64,000 nt of DNA from Vulcanimicrobiota bacterium (GCA_963795855.1 CAWCIZ010000002.1:160001-224000); one strand, 5' to 3'; shown: positions 21,146 through 31,659, counted from the stretch's first letter. Notes: generated by a model not told the origin, from the letters alone. Numbers and translations: made by a program.

Positions 21146-21661
21146 ATGAGCGCCATTCCCGACGTCCTTCCGAATCCGAAACTTGCGGATTACTTGGACG
21201 TGATGAGCCGTGCGGTATTTCAGGCCGGTTTGAGTTGGGCTTCGATCGGGCGGCACTGGGACGCCTACCGCGATGCGTTCGACGGTTTCGATCCGCACAA
21301 AGTAGCGTCGTACACGGAAGGCGACGTCGATCGCTTGATGCGCGCGGAGGGCGTCCTGCACAGCCAGCGCAAGATTCGCGCGACGATTGAAAATGCAGCG
21401 GCGATGATCGATCTCGATCGAAAACACGGCGGATTCGCAGAATACCTCCGATCGTACGGCGACTATGCCACGCTCGCGGCAGACTTCAAGAAGCGTTTCA
21501 AGTTCATGGGCGACATGAACGTGTGGTATTTTCTGTTCCGCGTGCACGAGCCGGTGCCACGATTCGAGCATTGGGTGCAAACCATCCCAGGCGACCACCC
21601 GCGGATGAAAGAAATGGTGGAAAAGGCCCGATCCGCGGGTTTGTCGATGGAGTTGAAGTAG
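21146..21661 (+). CDS. DNA-3-methyladenine glycosylase I (Tag)-like protein
   Basis: FQAGLSW...AFDGFDP.KVA...KIRATIENA...FKFMG. Confidence 0.82.
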   Translation: MSAIPDVLPNPKLADYLDVMSRAVFQAGLSWASIGRHWDAYRDAFDGFDPHKVASYTEGDVDRLMRAEGVLHSQRKIRATIENAAAMIDLDRKHGGFAEYLRSYGDYATLAADFKKRFKFMGDMNVWYFLFRVHEPVPRFEHWVQTIPGDHPRMKEMVEKARSAGLSMELK

Positions 21662-21662
21662 C

Positions 21663-23708
21663 GTGCATCTTTTATTGGGATTGCTCTTTTCGCTCAGTCA
21701 AGTGCTGAGCTATCCGTTTCCGAACGCGCTGGTGAGTTCAGCCGACGGTAAAAGTATCGCTTACGTGCTCAACGAGCGCGGCGTTCGCAGCGTATGGTTC
21801 GCGCAGGCGCCTGCGTTCTCACCCCACATGCTGTGGAGTTCCGGTAGCGACGACGGCCAAGAAATTACCAATCTGTCCATCTCCAACGACGGCAAGCATG
21901 TCGTGTACGTTCGAGGCGGCGATCACGACGCAAATTGGCCCGAACGCCCGTGGCCGGATCCCGATCTGCGCGACACCAACGAACCTCACATGCAGGTCGT
22001 TTCGCTCGCGACCGCGGGCGGGCCGCCGAAAGTGCTCGCCGACGGCGACGCGCCGGCCATCGCTCCCGACGGCGCACGCGTTGCGTTCGTGCACGACGGC
22101 GACGGCAAAATTTGGATCGCCCCCATCGACGGCAGCAAGGACGCCGCACAATATTTCTTCGACCGCGGGACCGACGCGGAATTGACGTGGTCGCCCGACG
22201 GCGACGCGCTCGCCTTCACGTCGGATCGAGGCGATCACGCCTTCATCGGCGTGTACCGCAACGAAAAGTCCCCGCTGGTCTTTTTAGCCCCGTCGACCTC
22301 ACGCGATTTCTCTCCCGAGTGGTCGCCTGACGGCCGGCAGATCGCGTTCCTCCGCATCGGCGGCGAAGGCGGACCACCGCAGGATCCGCTCAAGCAATAC
22401 CCTCGACCGTGGTCGATCCTCGTCGCCGATGCATTCGGCGGCGGAGCGCACGAGGCGTGGCACAGCGGTAATTCGCTGCGCGACTCCCTGCCGCAGATCC
22501 ACGGGCCGCAGCTGCGCTGGATCGCCGGCCGGCGGCTCGCGTTCATTTCCGAGCGCACCAACTGGCCGCACCTGTACGCGGTGTCTGCTTCCGGCGGATC
22601 GATGCATTTGCTCACGCCGGGCAATTTCATGATCGAAGACACGGCGCTTTCGCCGGATCGTCGCACGCTCTATTACACCGCGGACACCGGCGGCACGCCG
22701 GGCGACGACGATCGCCGGCACATCTTCCGCGTTTCCGTCGGGTCTGCTCCCGTCGAAGTCACGCACGGAACCAGCAGTGAGTGGTGGCCGGCTGCCACCG
22801 CGGACGGGGTGGCGTACGTGCAAGCCGGATCGCGAGCGCCGATGACGATCGTTCACAACGGCACTACCCTCGACGCAGATCAGATACCGCAAGACTTTCC
22901 GACGCGTTCGATGGTCGTTCCCAAAGAGGTGACGTTCCGCAGCAAAGACGGATGGTTGATTCACGGGCAACTCTTCATGCCGCTCTCGGCTTCCGGCAGC
23001 GCGAAAAAGATTCCGGGCGTGATCTTCGTCCACGGCGGACCGCCGCGCCAGATGCTGCTCACGTGGCATTACTTCGACTACTACAGCTACGGCTACGCCA
23101 CCAATCAGTATCTGGCGAACCACGGCATTGCGGTTTTATCGGTGAATTATCGCCTCGGCATCGGCTACGGTCACGACTTCCACCACCCGCCGCATGCCGG
23201 ACCGGCAGGTGCGGCTGAATATCCGGACGTGGTCGCCGGTGCGCGCTATCTGCAGCGTTTGCCGCAAGTCGATGCGCGCCGCATCGGCATTTGGGGCGGC
23301 TCGTACGGCGGCTACCTTACCGCAATGGGGTTGGCCAAGAACTCCGATATATTCAAAGCCGGCTCCGACATGCACGGCGTGCACGACTGGTCGATGTTTC
23401 CGGAGTGGTTCGGATCGCAAGCCAAGCGCTACGAGCAGCCGGACATGAAACGCTTCCTGCGCACCGCTTGGCTTTCATCGCCGGATGCCTACATCTCCAC
23501 GTGGCGTTCGCCGGTTCTACTTATTCAAGGCGACGACGATCGCAACGTGCACTTCCATCAAATGGTCGATTTGGTCGAGCGCTTGAAACAAACGCGCGTG
23601 CAGTTCGAGCAGATCGTCATTCCCAACGAAATCCACGGCTTTCTTCGCTGGCACTCGTGGCTGCGGGCCGATCAGGCCACGGTCGATTTCCTCAAACGGA
23701 AATTGTAA
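21663..23708 (+). CDS. Secreted S9 prolyl oligopeptidase family peptidase with propeller
   Basis: WSPDG repeats, VHGGP, GGSYGG nucleophile, GDDDRNV, EIHG. Confidence 0.93.
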   Translation: MHLLLGLLFSLSQVLSYPFPNALVSSADGKSIAYVLNERGVRSVWFAQAPAFSPHMLWSSGSDDGQEITNLSISNDGKHVVYVRGGDHDANWPERPWPDPDLRDTNEPHMQVVSLATAGGPPKVLADGDAPAIAPDGARVAFVHDGDGKIWIAPIDGSKDAAQYFFDRGTDAELTWSPDGDALAFTSDRGDHAFIGVYRNEKSPLVFLAPSTSRDFSPEWSPDGRQIAFLRIGGEGGPPQDPLKQYPRPWSILVADAFGGGAHEAWHSGNSLRDSLPQIHGPQLRWIAGRRLAFISERTNWPHLYAVSASGGSMHLLTPGNFMIEDTALSPDRRTLYYTADTGGTPGDDDRRHIFRVSVGSAPVEVTHGTSSEWWPAATADGVAYVQAGSRAPMTIVHNGTTLDADQIPQDFPTRSMVVPKEVTFRSKDGWLIHGQLFMPLSASGSAKKIPGVIFVHGGPPRQMLLTWHYFDYYSYGYATNQYLANHGIAVLSVNYRLGIGYGHDFHHPPHAGPAGAAEYPDVVAGARYLQRLPQVDARRIGIWGGSYGGYLTAMGLAKNSDIFKAGSDMHGVHDWSMFPEWFGSQAKRYEQPDMKRFLRTAWLSSPDAYISTWRSPVLLIQGDDDRNVHFHQMVDLVERLKQTRVQFEQIVIPNEIHGFLRWHSWLRADQATVDFLKRKL

Positions 23709-23733
23709 GAACGCTCCTTTCTCGTTAGAGCGC

Positions 23734-25536
23734 TCAGTGAGCTGCGGCGTAGCGGTAGCGCCGCAGCCACGCGCAGAAATCCTGTTCGACGAGCGGACTC
23801 GATATCTCGAAGCCTTGCAGCGCGTCCACGCCGCTTGCCACCAGCCACTGGTGTTCGGCAAACGTTTCGACTGCTTCTCCGATCACCGTGCACGAGAGTT
23901 GATGCGCCTGATCGATGAGCAGCCCGAGCCAATCGCTGCCTTCTTCCCGACCGGAGGCCACCTTCACGAAATCGGGCCGCATCTCGGTGAGCGCACGCAG
24001 CGGCAGCCGTCCGCATCCGAATTGCGAGAGACCGACGCGCACGCCGCGCGCGCGGCATGCGGAAACGAACTGCAGATACCGGTACGGCTCCGCCGCGACT
24101 TGCTCTTCGGAGAATTCCAGAGCGATGTGCGTCCCGTCTTGCGGCAGCGCATCGATGAGCGCCTCGTTCGGCTCCGACACGTTGATGTGGTACGTCACGT
24201 CGCCCGCATGCCGCAGTTCCGCGGCTTTCTCTACCACGGCATTCACGATTGCCGATTCGAGGCGGACGAGGATGCCCTGTTCGCGTGCCGCGCTGAGAAA
24301 CTGCGCGGGTGAGCGCATGCCTTGCGGGTGAAGCCAGCGAGGCAGCACTTCCGCCGCTATCGGCCGTCCGCCGCGCGCCGAGACGATTGGCTGGTAACAC
24401 AAGACGAACTGTGAGTTGAACGTCGACGAGTCGATCGTGAACGGACGTTCGACGGTTATCGCGCTCGACGCATTGTACAGCGCAAACGCCGCAGAGCCCT
24501 CGCGTTTCGCCCGGTACATCGCTTGATCGGCGTGGCTGAGAAGGTCGTTCGGCGACGCGCCGTCGCGCGGATAGACGGCGATGCCGACGCTTGCGGACGC
24601 GTTGAGCGTCACGCCTTCAGGCAGGATCACCGGCTCCTCCAATGCGCCGAGGATACGCCGCGCGATGATCGCCAATTCATCGTCATCGCGAAACGACGCA
24701 ACGATGACGCAGAACTCGTCGCCACCGAAGCGGCCGCACATTTCGTGCTTACGCAGGACTGATTGGATGCGGGAGGCGATCTCGCGGAGCGCCGCGTCTC
24801 CCGCCGCATGTCCGTGTTCGTCGTTGAGCTTTTTGAAATTGTTCAAATCGACGTAGAGCACTGCGACGCGCGAATCTTCGCGCTGCGCGGCTGAAATCGC
24901 CAAAGCGAGTTGCTCGAGAACGGCCGCGCGGTTTGGAATGCCGGTCAGCAGATCCGTATCGGCGCGTTGAGCGATGCGGCGCTGATTCTCCAGCGCTTCC
25001 AGCAGCCGAGAAACGAGCGCCGCAAGAAAATTGAGGTACTGAATTTCGTCCTCGCTAATGAATTCGTCGCGAGCGTGCTTCCAGCCAAGTGCGAGAACGC
25101 ACTGTTTGCCTCCGGCGTTGAACGGCCAGTAGAGCACCGAACGCAGACCGAGCGCCGACGCCGCCTGACCGCCGGCGAGATCCTCGCTTACCGTGTCGAA
25201 GATCATGAGCGGCCTGTCGCGCAGCAGCCCGGGCGCGCCGATGCCGTTCTGAATGTGCTCCGCGCCTTCGCCGACGGCGCATAAGCGTACGTACCCGGGA
25301 TCGCCGGTGACTTGTTCGCCGATTTCGCCGTAGTCGAAATTCAACGCAGCAGTTGAGTCGAGTAAAATGCGGCGCGCTTGTTCGGCCGGAGATTCGCCGA
25401 TGACGCCCATCTCGACCACTGCGTGCAATCGAACCATGTGCTGATGCAGCCGGTCGAAACCGGAGAACGACGTTTCGTTGCGTTCGTCTGCGCCATTCGC
25501 TGCGTCGGCCATGTCGTAGAATCGATGCTCCCGCAC
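23734..25536 (-). CDS. GAF-like + GGDEF diguanylate cyclase + degenerate EAL (start may be 25512)
   Basis: TDLLTGIPNR, DLNNFK.LND.HGH, GGDEF; EAL part has EVL but SQFG in place of DDFG. Confidence 0.9.
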   Translation of the reverse strand: MREHRFYDMADAANGADERNETSFSGFDRLHQHMVRLHAVVEMGVIGESPAEQARRILLDSTAALNFDYGEIGEQVTGDPGYVRLCAVGEGAEHIQNGIGAPGLLRDRPLMIFDTVSEDLAGGQAASALGLRSVLYWPFNAGGKQCVLALGWKHARDEFISEDEIQYLNFLAALVSRLLEALENQRRIAQRADTDLLTGIPNRAAVLEQLALAISAAQREDSRVAVLYVDLNNFKKLNDEHGHAAGDAALREIASRIQSVLRKHEMCGRFGGDEFCVIVASFRDDDELAIIARRILGALEEPVILPEGVTLNASASVGIAVYPRDGASPNDLLSHADQAMYRAKREGSAAFALYNASSAITVERPFTIDSSTFNSQFVLCYQPIVSARGGRPIAAEVLPRWLHPQGMRSPAQFLSAAREQGILVRLESAIVNAVVEKAAELRHAGDVTYHINVSEPNEALIDALPQDGTHIALEFSEEQVAAEPYRYLQFVSACRARGVRVGLSQFGCGRLPLRALTEMRPDFVKVASGREEGSDWLGLLIDQAHQLSCTVIGEAVETFAEHQWLVASGVDALQGFEISSPLVEQDFCAWLRRYRYAAAH

Positions 25537-25667
25537 ACTTCATCGCGAGCAAGCGGTAGGCTGCACTGCAGCCGAGCATACACTAGCTACGCTGTAGGTA
25601 CATACCGTATGCGGTGCGCGCGCAAACACATGGGTCTATGGGCCTTAATGACTATTGGTAAGGTAGA

Positions 25668-28600
25668 TTACGGGCCTGACGGCGCTCCCGGCGCGTTCGG
25701 CGGTCTCCGGCGCGTCGGCATGAGCAAATACAGTCCGAGCGACGGCGAGTAATTGAGGCTCGGCGGAGCCGCGCCGTCCCAACCCAGTTTGGTCAAGTCG
25801 GTCTTCGCTGCGGCGGCTACGCGTCCGCAGTTGATAATCGCCGGAACCGCACCGATATCGGCGGCGTCGAGCGAATACCACGTGCCCGCCGTCGAGGCAT
25901 GCGGCGCAATCGTCCAGCCGGGCGCGGCTGCGCCGCGGGAGAAATGCGCTTGAAGCTGCGCGAGCATCTGCTGCGCCACGCCGTGCATGTCTGCGGTGCA
26001 GCTTTGCGACGCGCGCAGGGCAAACGGCGTCTTCGGCGCGGTGCTCGGAAGTTTGTAGACACGGAAACTTTCCGCACCGGCCTGCGGCGGACGGCGTACG
26101 AAGTACAACCCCACGGCCGGCATGTACGTCACGGTCGGTCTAAAGAACATTCCGCCCGTGCCCGGCTGCACGAAAAGATTGCGCTGCTGCGCCGTTTGCT
26201 CGTCGGTAACGTGGAATGTCGTGCAGCCGAACAGCGAACGCATTTGCGTCGCTTGCGTGACCACAATACTGAGCGCATACGTCGATTTCAAGCCGTGATA
26301 CGTTACGGCAACACCCGGAACGTTTGCCGGCTGCATCGTGTCGGGATAGCCCGCAGCGGTTTTTGCGGCCTCGATCTGCGCGGTGTAAGCCTTCAGTCCC
26401 GCAAGAACGGTTTGAGCGGTTTTTTGCGCGTCGGCCGTGCACATGGGCGTGAGGTTGAGGGCCAACGGATCCGCCGGCGGCATTTCCGGCAGCGGCGAAC
26501 CGAATTGACGGAAGCCGCCGCGGCCGCGTCCGGGTTCCCCCGGCTGTCCGCGGGTTGACGAGGACTGTGCGAGCTGTGCATTTTGCCCGAAGCGCGCCGT
26601 GTAGGTAAGTGAAATCTGACGCGGCGCGTTCGGCCGCGCGATCGTCGGGATCGTCAGTCCGTTCGCTGCCGAATAGGGAACCGCGTTTTCGGAACTCGCG
26701 AAGACGCCGCCGTACGCGTTGAAAATATTGCTTGCCGCGAACGTCAGCGTTCCGTGCTGCAGTTGGGTGCTCACGCCGGCATCCACCGTCGTATACGCCG
26801 GCAGGTTCTGCGCATTGTTCGAACCGGTATAACTCGCATCCGCAAGCCACTCCACCGCCGAATGCGGCGCCCGGTAGTCGAGCGTTATGCCGGCGCGATG
26901 CAGCGGCACGTTGGGAAGTTGGTTGCCGGAGATGGTAATCGCATACGGATTCGCGAACCGTGGATCCGCACTGATCGCTTTGGCGACCTGGACGTCGTAG
27001 TACGGCTCGAGCACGAGCGCGCCCAGCGTGAAGTACCCGTTCAGATGCGCGCCCTCGTATACGCGCCGCACGTTGCCGATCGGCGTCGAGAAATAAACGT
27101 TCTGCGCGCCGAATGCGGTCGAGGGCGGCACGCCGCACGTCGAGTCGAAATAGCTTTGCGCGGTGCCGAAATACGCAGGCGGGAAGATGCCCGTGGCCAG
27201 CAGCGCCGTTCCGTTGACTTGCACCGGCAGGACGACGTCGTTCTGAACTTGTCGATACAGCGAGCCGCTGATCAGTCCCCAGTTGCCGCGGTGCGTATAG
27301 CTCAGCCGGGCGGAGTTCGAGGAACTCGCGCCGGGTTCGTCGCCCGGAGCGTTTCCGTACGCAATGTCCCCGTTGCAATCGATGCGCAGCTCGCCCGGAT
27401 CGGTCAGAATGCCCGCGCGTCCGGCGTGCGGAGCGACGCCGCCGATATTATATGAGAACGCGTACGCGTCGCTGGTTGTCGGTTGCCAGTTCGCGCCGAC
27501 GCCGGCGAGCAACGACGAAGGCGCATTGCTCGCGCGGCTGATACCGATGGAGTCGTTCAGACGAAGTTTCGTGTTCGAGCGAATCGAGTCGTTCACCGAG
27601 ATCGCCGCGTAGCTCGCCGTCTGCCCCGGGAACGTGAACGGCTGCGCCTGGGCCACGAGCGGCGTGAAAGTGGACGTGCTGTTCGTGCCGTAAGCGCTGA
27701 CCGAGATCGTGTGGCGCTGCTGCGCGGGCAGCGTTGCGTCGATCGAAATTCCGTTCGTGCTCGTGGCGGTTTGCGTGCCGGTCGGCGCCGCTTCGCCGTC
27801 GATGTACCGGTCCAGCAAATCGCGCGTCGACTTCGAACGCGATCCGAAGACGGCCGCTTGCACCTGCGTATCGCCGATCAACGCATTGTCCGTGAGCGAA
27901 TACAGATCGAAGGCCGTGTCGTACGAGTTGTTCGGCCCGTACCCGCACGGGACGGCTCCCGTATCCTGCGTGCACACCAATTCGGCGCCGTTCACCGAGT
28001 GCATGTAGCTGCCGGTCAGCGTCTGTGACTGCGAGAGCTGGTAGCGCATTTTCACGAGGGAACCGATCTGCTGCCGGTCGCCCTCGTGCGTGTAATCCAA
28101 TCCGCTCGCATCGAGAAACTGCATGCCGTCGAGCAGGCTCGGGCTCATGCGATAGGTGTGCATGACGGCGAGACCGAGTTTACCGATCGATCCCGTTTCC
28201 GAAGCGGAGTAGTCGTTTTTGCCGTTGCTGCCGGCGGACAGGGAGAACGCGCTCTGCCAGCTGAGCGTCGGGTCGAGCGTGCGAAAATTCACCCCTCCCG
28301 CCAGTCCGCCGAGCGTTGGGCCTAAGGAGACGTTCGCTCCGCTGAACAGATCCGAGTTCATCATACGCAAATCGCCCGCCATGCCGGGCGCGTTGAGCGG
28401 AATGCCGTCGAGCGTCATCTGCGTCTGACTCGGATCCTGCCCTTCAAGCGAGACGGTCTGCGTCGCGTCGCTATCGGTGCTCGAGGTCGTGACGGTGACG
28501 CCCGAAAGTTTGCCGAGAGCGTCGGCAAGCGTGTCGGAAAGTTTGCGCTGCGCGCTGTCGTTCGAAATCGCACTGGTCGAAACGGTCGCGCTCGATTTCA

Positions 28601-28967
28601 CCACTTCCGACGCGATCGTCCGCAGTGGGCCGCCTTGCGACTGCGCAAGCTCCACGCTGACCGTTACCGCGCGTCCGTCGATGACTTCGAAGTTCTGCGA
28701 GGTGACGGGGCTGAAGCCGCGCGCAAAAATGCGCGCGCGATAGATGCCGCTCGGAACGTCGGTGAAACGTACTTTGCCGTTGTCGCCTGTAAATTCGCTT
28801 GCGATGACGGGGCCGTCGAGCATGACGCGCGCCAACACGACCGGAATTTTTTTCGAAGCATCCTGAACGACGATGTCGATCTCGCCGGTGTCGGATTGAG
28901 CGAACGCCGGTATGGCGCCGCCGAACAACGCAAGCGACAACAGCAGGCAGAACAAGCGACGGATCAT
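25668..28967 (-). CDS. TonB-dependent receptor-like outer-membrane protein with about 306-aa C-terminal extension
   Basis: GAGGA RBS, signal peptide, carboxypeptidase-regulatory-like N-domain, plug (DALGKLSGV, LDGIPLN, LAGGVNF), barrel end (LPAYTTVDAGV, ASNIFN, PRQISLTYTARF). Confidence 0.85.
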   Translation of the reverse strand: MIRRLFCLLLSLALFGGAIPAFAQSDTGEIDIVVQDASKKIPVVLARVMLDGPVIASEFTGDNGKVRFTDVPSGIYRARIFARGFSPVTSQNFEVIDGRAVTVSVELAQSQGGPLRTIASEVVKSSATVSTSAISNDSAQRKLSDTLADALGKLSGVTVTTSSTDSDATQTVSLEGQDPSQTQMTLDGIPLNAPGMAGDLRMMNSDLFSGANVSLGPTLGGLAGGVNFRTLDPTLSWQSAFSLSAGSNGKNDYSASETGSIGKLGLAVMHTYRMSPSLLDGMQFLDASGLDYTHEGDRQQIGSLVKMRYQLSQSQTLTGSYMHSVNGAELVCTQDTGAVPCGYGPNNSYDTAFDLYSLTDNALIGDTQVQAAVFGSRSKSTRDLLDRYIDGEAAPTGTQTATSTNGISIDATLPAQQRHTISVSAYGTNSTSTFTPLVAQAQPFTFPGQTASYAAISVNDSIRSNTKLRLNDSIGISRASNAPSSLLAGVGANWQPTTSDAYAFSYNIGGVAPHAGRAGILTDPGELRIDCNGDIAYGNAPGDEPGASSSNSARLSYTHRGNWGLISGSLYRQVQNDVVLPVQVNGTALLATGIFPPAYFGTAQSYFDSTCGVPPSTAFGAQNVYFSTPIGNVRRVYEGAHLNGYFTLGALVLEPYYDVQVAKAISADPRFANPYAITISGNQLPNVPLHRAGITLDYRAPHSAVEWLADASYTGSNNAQNLPAYTTVDAGVSTQLQHGTLTFAASNIFNAYGGVFASSENAVPYSAANGLTIPTIARPNAPRQISLTYTARFGQNAQLAQSSSTRGQPGEPGRGRGGFRQFGSPLPEMPPADPLALNLTPMCTADAQKTAQTVLAGLKAYTAQIEAAKTAAGYPDTMQPANVPGVAVTYHGLKSTYALSIVVTQATQMRSLFGCTTFHVTDEQTAQQRNLFVQPGTGGMFFRPTVTYMPAVGLYFVRRPPQAGAESFRVYKLPSTAPKTPFALRASQSCTADMHGVAQQMLAQLQAHFSRGAAAPGWTIAPHASTAGTWYSLDAADIGAVPAIINCGRVAAAAKTDLTKLGWDGAAPPSLNYSPSLGLYLLMPTRRRPPNAPGAPSGP

Positions 28968-28992
28968 CGTTCCTCTATGTAGCACGCACGGG

Positions 28993-29020
28993 TTGGGAAT
29001 GTGCTGAGAAGCTCCCGGAA
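28993..29020 (-). promoter_or_regulatory. Putative MprA/OmpR-type direct repeats upstream of the receptor
   Basis: Minus strand TTCCGGG..TTCTCAG..TTCCCAA at 10-11 bp period. Confidence 0.55.
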
Positions 29021-29038
29021 CGCGCGCGGGATACGGGA

Positions 29039-30466
29039 TTAAAGTTTGATTGAAACGGTCGTGCCGCGGCCCGGTGTGCTATCGATCGCGATCGATCCGC
29101 CCGCGCGGTCCACCGCGCGCTTCGCGATGGCAAGGCCTAAACCGGTGCCGGGAATCTCGCCGCGCACGTCTCCCCGGTAAAAGCGTTCGAAGGCGTGCAG
29201 CCGCTCGGATTCGCTCATGCCCGGCCCCTCGTCGCGCACGCTCAGTACGGTCGTCCCGTTTTGCCGGTACGCATGCAGGTGCAAAGGCGCACCGGGCGCG
29301 TACTTCAGCGCGTTTTCGACGATGTTCCAGAGCGCCTCGCCGATTTCACCGCGGTCGGCATAGATTTCTTTTACGCCGTCGACGCTGTATTCGATCGGGC
29401 GATCGTCGTCCAACCGTTTGGCCGCCTCGCACTGATCCCGCAGCAGCTCCGACACGTCGATGGGAACCGGCTGCGGCTCCGTTTCCGCCTCCATGCGCGC
29501 GAGCCGCATCAGACGATCGATCAGGCCGCGCATATGTTCCTTTTCCATCGCCATCGTTCCGAGGATCTGCCGCGCCACTTTCGGCTCTTCGATCGCGCCG
29601 CGCCGTAGGACGTCGATGTAGCCGGCAATCACCGTGAGCGGCGTACGCAGTTCGTGTCCGGCGTCGGCTACGAATTGCCGCATGCGGGCCTCGGTGGCGC
29701 GCCGCTCGTCCATCGCGGCGGCGACGCTCGCCGCAGCATCGTTGTACGCTTGCGTGAGCGTTGCGATTTCATCTCCCGCGGCGGTAATGAAGCGCCGCTG
29801 CGTGTAGTCGCCGTCGGCCAACGCTTGCAGGGAACCGGTGACCTCGTTCATCGGCGCGAGCGCTTCACGCGCGACGACGCGTCCCACAAACCACGACACC
29901 CCCAGCGCGAAGATGGCGATACCGAGAATGATCCACCAGTACGGAACCAGGTTGGAGAAAATGATCCAGCTCGACGCGTTGAACGTGACGTATCCGCCTT
30001 CGACCGCGATGATGCGCCACCAGTCGTGCGGTGCGGGCGGAAGCGGAACGGCGCGCGGGCGCGGAGGCGGCGCCGCTTCTATCGGCTCGCCGGCGCGCGG
30101 CGCCGGCGCGAGCTTGACTTTTCCGCGCAGCACGCGGTCGAGGATGTCGGGATGCACGCTCGCGTCGCCGCCGAGAAACTTGCCCTTCGCGTCGTAAACC
30201 GCCACGCGCAACCCGATGCCGCTGAGATCGCGCGCGATGCGCGGCGCGGCTTGCGAGAGCGTTTGGCCGTCGGTTTGATAGCGCGCCGCCAGGAAGCGCG
30301 CTTCTTCGTGTTTGGCGATGATGATATCGTTGCTGAAGCCGGCCAATTCGTAGATGAGCGCAACGGAAGATGCGACGACCACGAGCAGCACGGTGACGCC
30401 CAGCAGCACGGTGTACAGCGTTGCGAGACGCGATGCGAGCGAGCGCTTCGGAAGCAGCGTACTCAT
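29039..30466 (-). CDS. Sensor histidine kinase (HAMP, HisKA, HATPase)
   Basis: FVADAGHELRTPL, NIVENALKY, DEGPG, GTGLGL; two TM segments. Confidence 0.95.
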   Translation of the reverse strand: MSTLLPKRSLASRLATLYTVLLGVTVLLVVVASSVALIYELAGFSNDIIIAKHEEARFLAARYQTDGQTLSQAAPRIARDLSGIGLRVAVYDAKGKFLGGDASVHPDILDRVLRGKVKLAPAPRAGEPIEAAPPPRPRAVPLPPAPHDWWRIIAVEGGYVTFNASSWIIFSNLVPYWWIILGIAIFALGVSWFVGRVVAREALAPMNEVTGSLQALADGDYTQRRFITAAGDEIATLTQAYNDAAASVAAAMDERRATEARMRQFVADAGHELRTPLTVIAGYIDVLRRGAIEEPKVARQILGTMAMEKEHMRGLIDRLMRLARMEAETEPQPVPIDVSELLRDQCEAAKRLDDDRPIEYSVDGVKEIYADRGEIGEALWNIVENALKYAPGAPLHLHAYRQNGTTVLSVRDEGPGMSESERLHAFERFYRGDVRGEIPGTGLGLAIAKRAVDRAGGSIAIDSTPGRGTTVSIKL

Positions 30467-31137
30467 TGAGCCAGCCCGTACCCGACGCCGCGAACCGTTC
30501 GAATGAAAGACGTCTGATCCGTGCGATCGATCTTCGCGCGCAAATACGAAATGTACGTCTCGACGATGTTCGGGCCGCCCTCGAAGTCGTGTCCCCAAAC
30601 CAATTCGAGCAAATGATCCTTGCTGAAAACGCGGCGGGGCTCGCGCATGAACACCTCCAGCAAATCGAACTCCCGCTGCGTGAAGTCCAAGCGATCCGAT
30701 CCGCGCCACGCTTCGCGCGTCGTCGGATTCATCGCCACGTCGTGCCAGCGCAAGACGTCTTCTTCAATGAGCTGCGGGCGGCGCAGCTTGGCTTGCAGGC
30801 GAGCGATGAGCTCTTCGAAGACGAAGGGCTTGACGAGGTAGTCGTCTGCGCCGGCTCCAAGGCTCGCGACTTTGTCCGCGGTTTCGCCCTTCGCGGTCAG
30901 CATGAGAATCGGCGCCTGCGAAATCTGCCGCAGACGCGGCAGCAGCGTGATGCCGTCGATCTTCGGCATCATGACGTCGAGCACGATGACCTCGGGCTCC
31001 CAATCGCGCACCAGTTCGAGCGCGGCCTGCCCGTCGGCTGCGGTTCGCACCAAAAAGCCCTCGCGGGTAAGACCGAGTTCGAGCATCTCGCGGACAAAGC
31101 GGTCGTCGTCGACGACCGCAACGCGGGCCGGCTGCAT
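30463..31137 (-). CDS. OmpR-family response regulator (MprA-like)
   Basis: VVDDD, LDVMMP, GADDYLVKPF, NIVETYISYLR, TVRGVGY. Confidence 0.95.
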   Translation of the reverse strand: MQPARVAVVDDDRFVREMLELGLTREGFLVRTAADGQAALELVRDWEPEVIVLDVMMPKIDGITLLPRLRQISQAPILMLTAKGETADKVASLGAGADDYLVKPFVFEELIARLQAKLRRPQLIEEDVLRWHDVAMNPTTREAWRGSDRLDFTQREFDLLEVFMREPRRVFSKDHLLELVWGHDFEGGPNIVETYISYLRAKIDRTDQTSFIRTVRGVGYGLAQ

Positions 31138-31197
31138 GGAGATCATTCTACGGTGGATCCTCGCCTCAAACCCTTGGAGGCGGCTGGGGCGCGTTCC

Positions 31198-31659
31198 TTA
31201 CGCCGCCCAGCGGCGGCAGCGCTGGCCGGCCACGAGCGAGGCCGCCCGGATACTCTCCAAGGGGTGGCAGACCACCGCGATGCCTTGGGCGCCGAGGACG
31301 GCGCAAGTTTGGCTATCGGGAAGCCAGTGCGCGAAGAGGTGCACTTCGGCTGCGTTCGCCCGCTGTGCGAGCGTCGCAAGGACGTCCGCCAGGCTGCACG
31401 TGCGGCGCTCCCGCAGCTTTCCGCTGACTTCGGACCGGAATCGCGCGGCGTTCCAACCCTGGGCTACGACGAGCAGCCGTTGCATCGTCTCGGGACTCGT
31501 GCCTTCGAAATCGACCGCAGCAACTTGTACCCGTTCCGCGAGCGCGCGGTCTACGTCCGCGTGGAGCGTGGCCGGGGTGATGGAGCCCGACTCGCCCGTT
31601 TCGAGAATCGATCCCGCGCCGATGATGTAGTCCATGGAAAAAACATAGGGCGCGAACAT
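31198..31659 (-). CDS. Hypothetical protein
   Basis: Clean ORF in the same directon, protein-like composition. Confidence 0.6.
   Translation of the reverse strand: MFAPYVFSMDYIIGAGSILETGESGSITPATLHADVDRALAERVQVAAVDFEGTSPETMQRLLVVAQGWNAARFRSEVSGKLRERRTCSLADVLATLAQRANAAEVHLFAHWLPDSQTCAVLGAQGIAVVCHPLESIRAASLVAGQRCRRWAA

Noticed and set aside
25600..25665. Plus-strand GCAAA...GGGTCTA...ATGAC resembling part of a c-di-GMP-I riboswitch
   Set aside because: Wrong strand for the GGDEF gene, no plus-strand gene follows, and the GGCAAAC/GAAA P2 elements are missing
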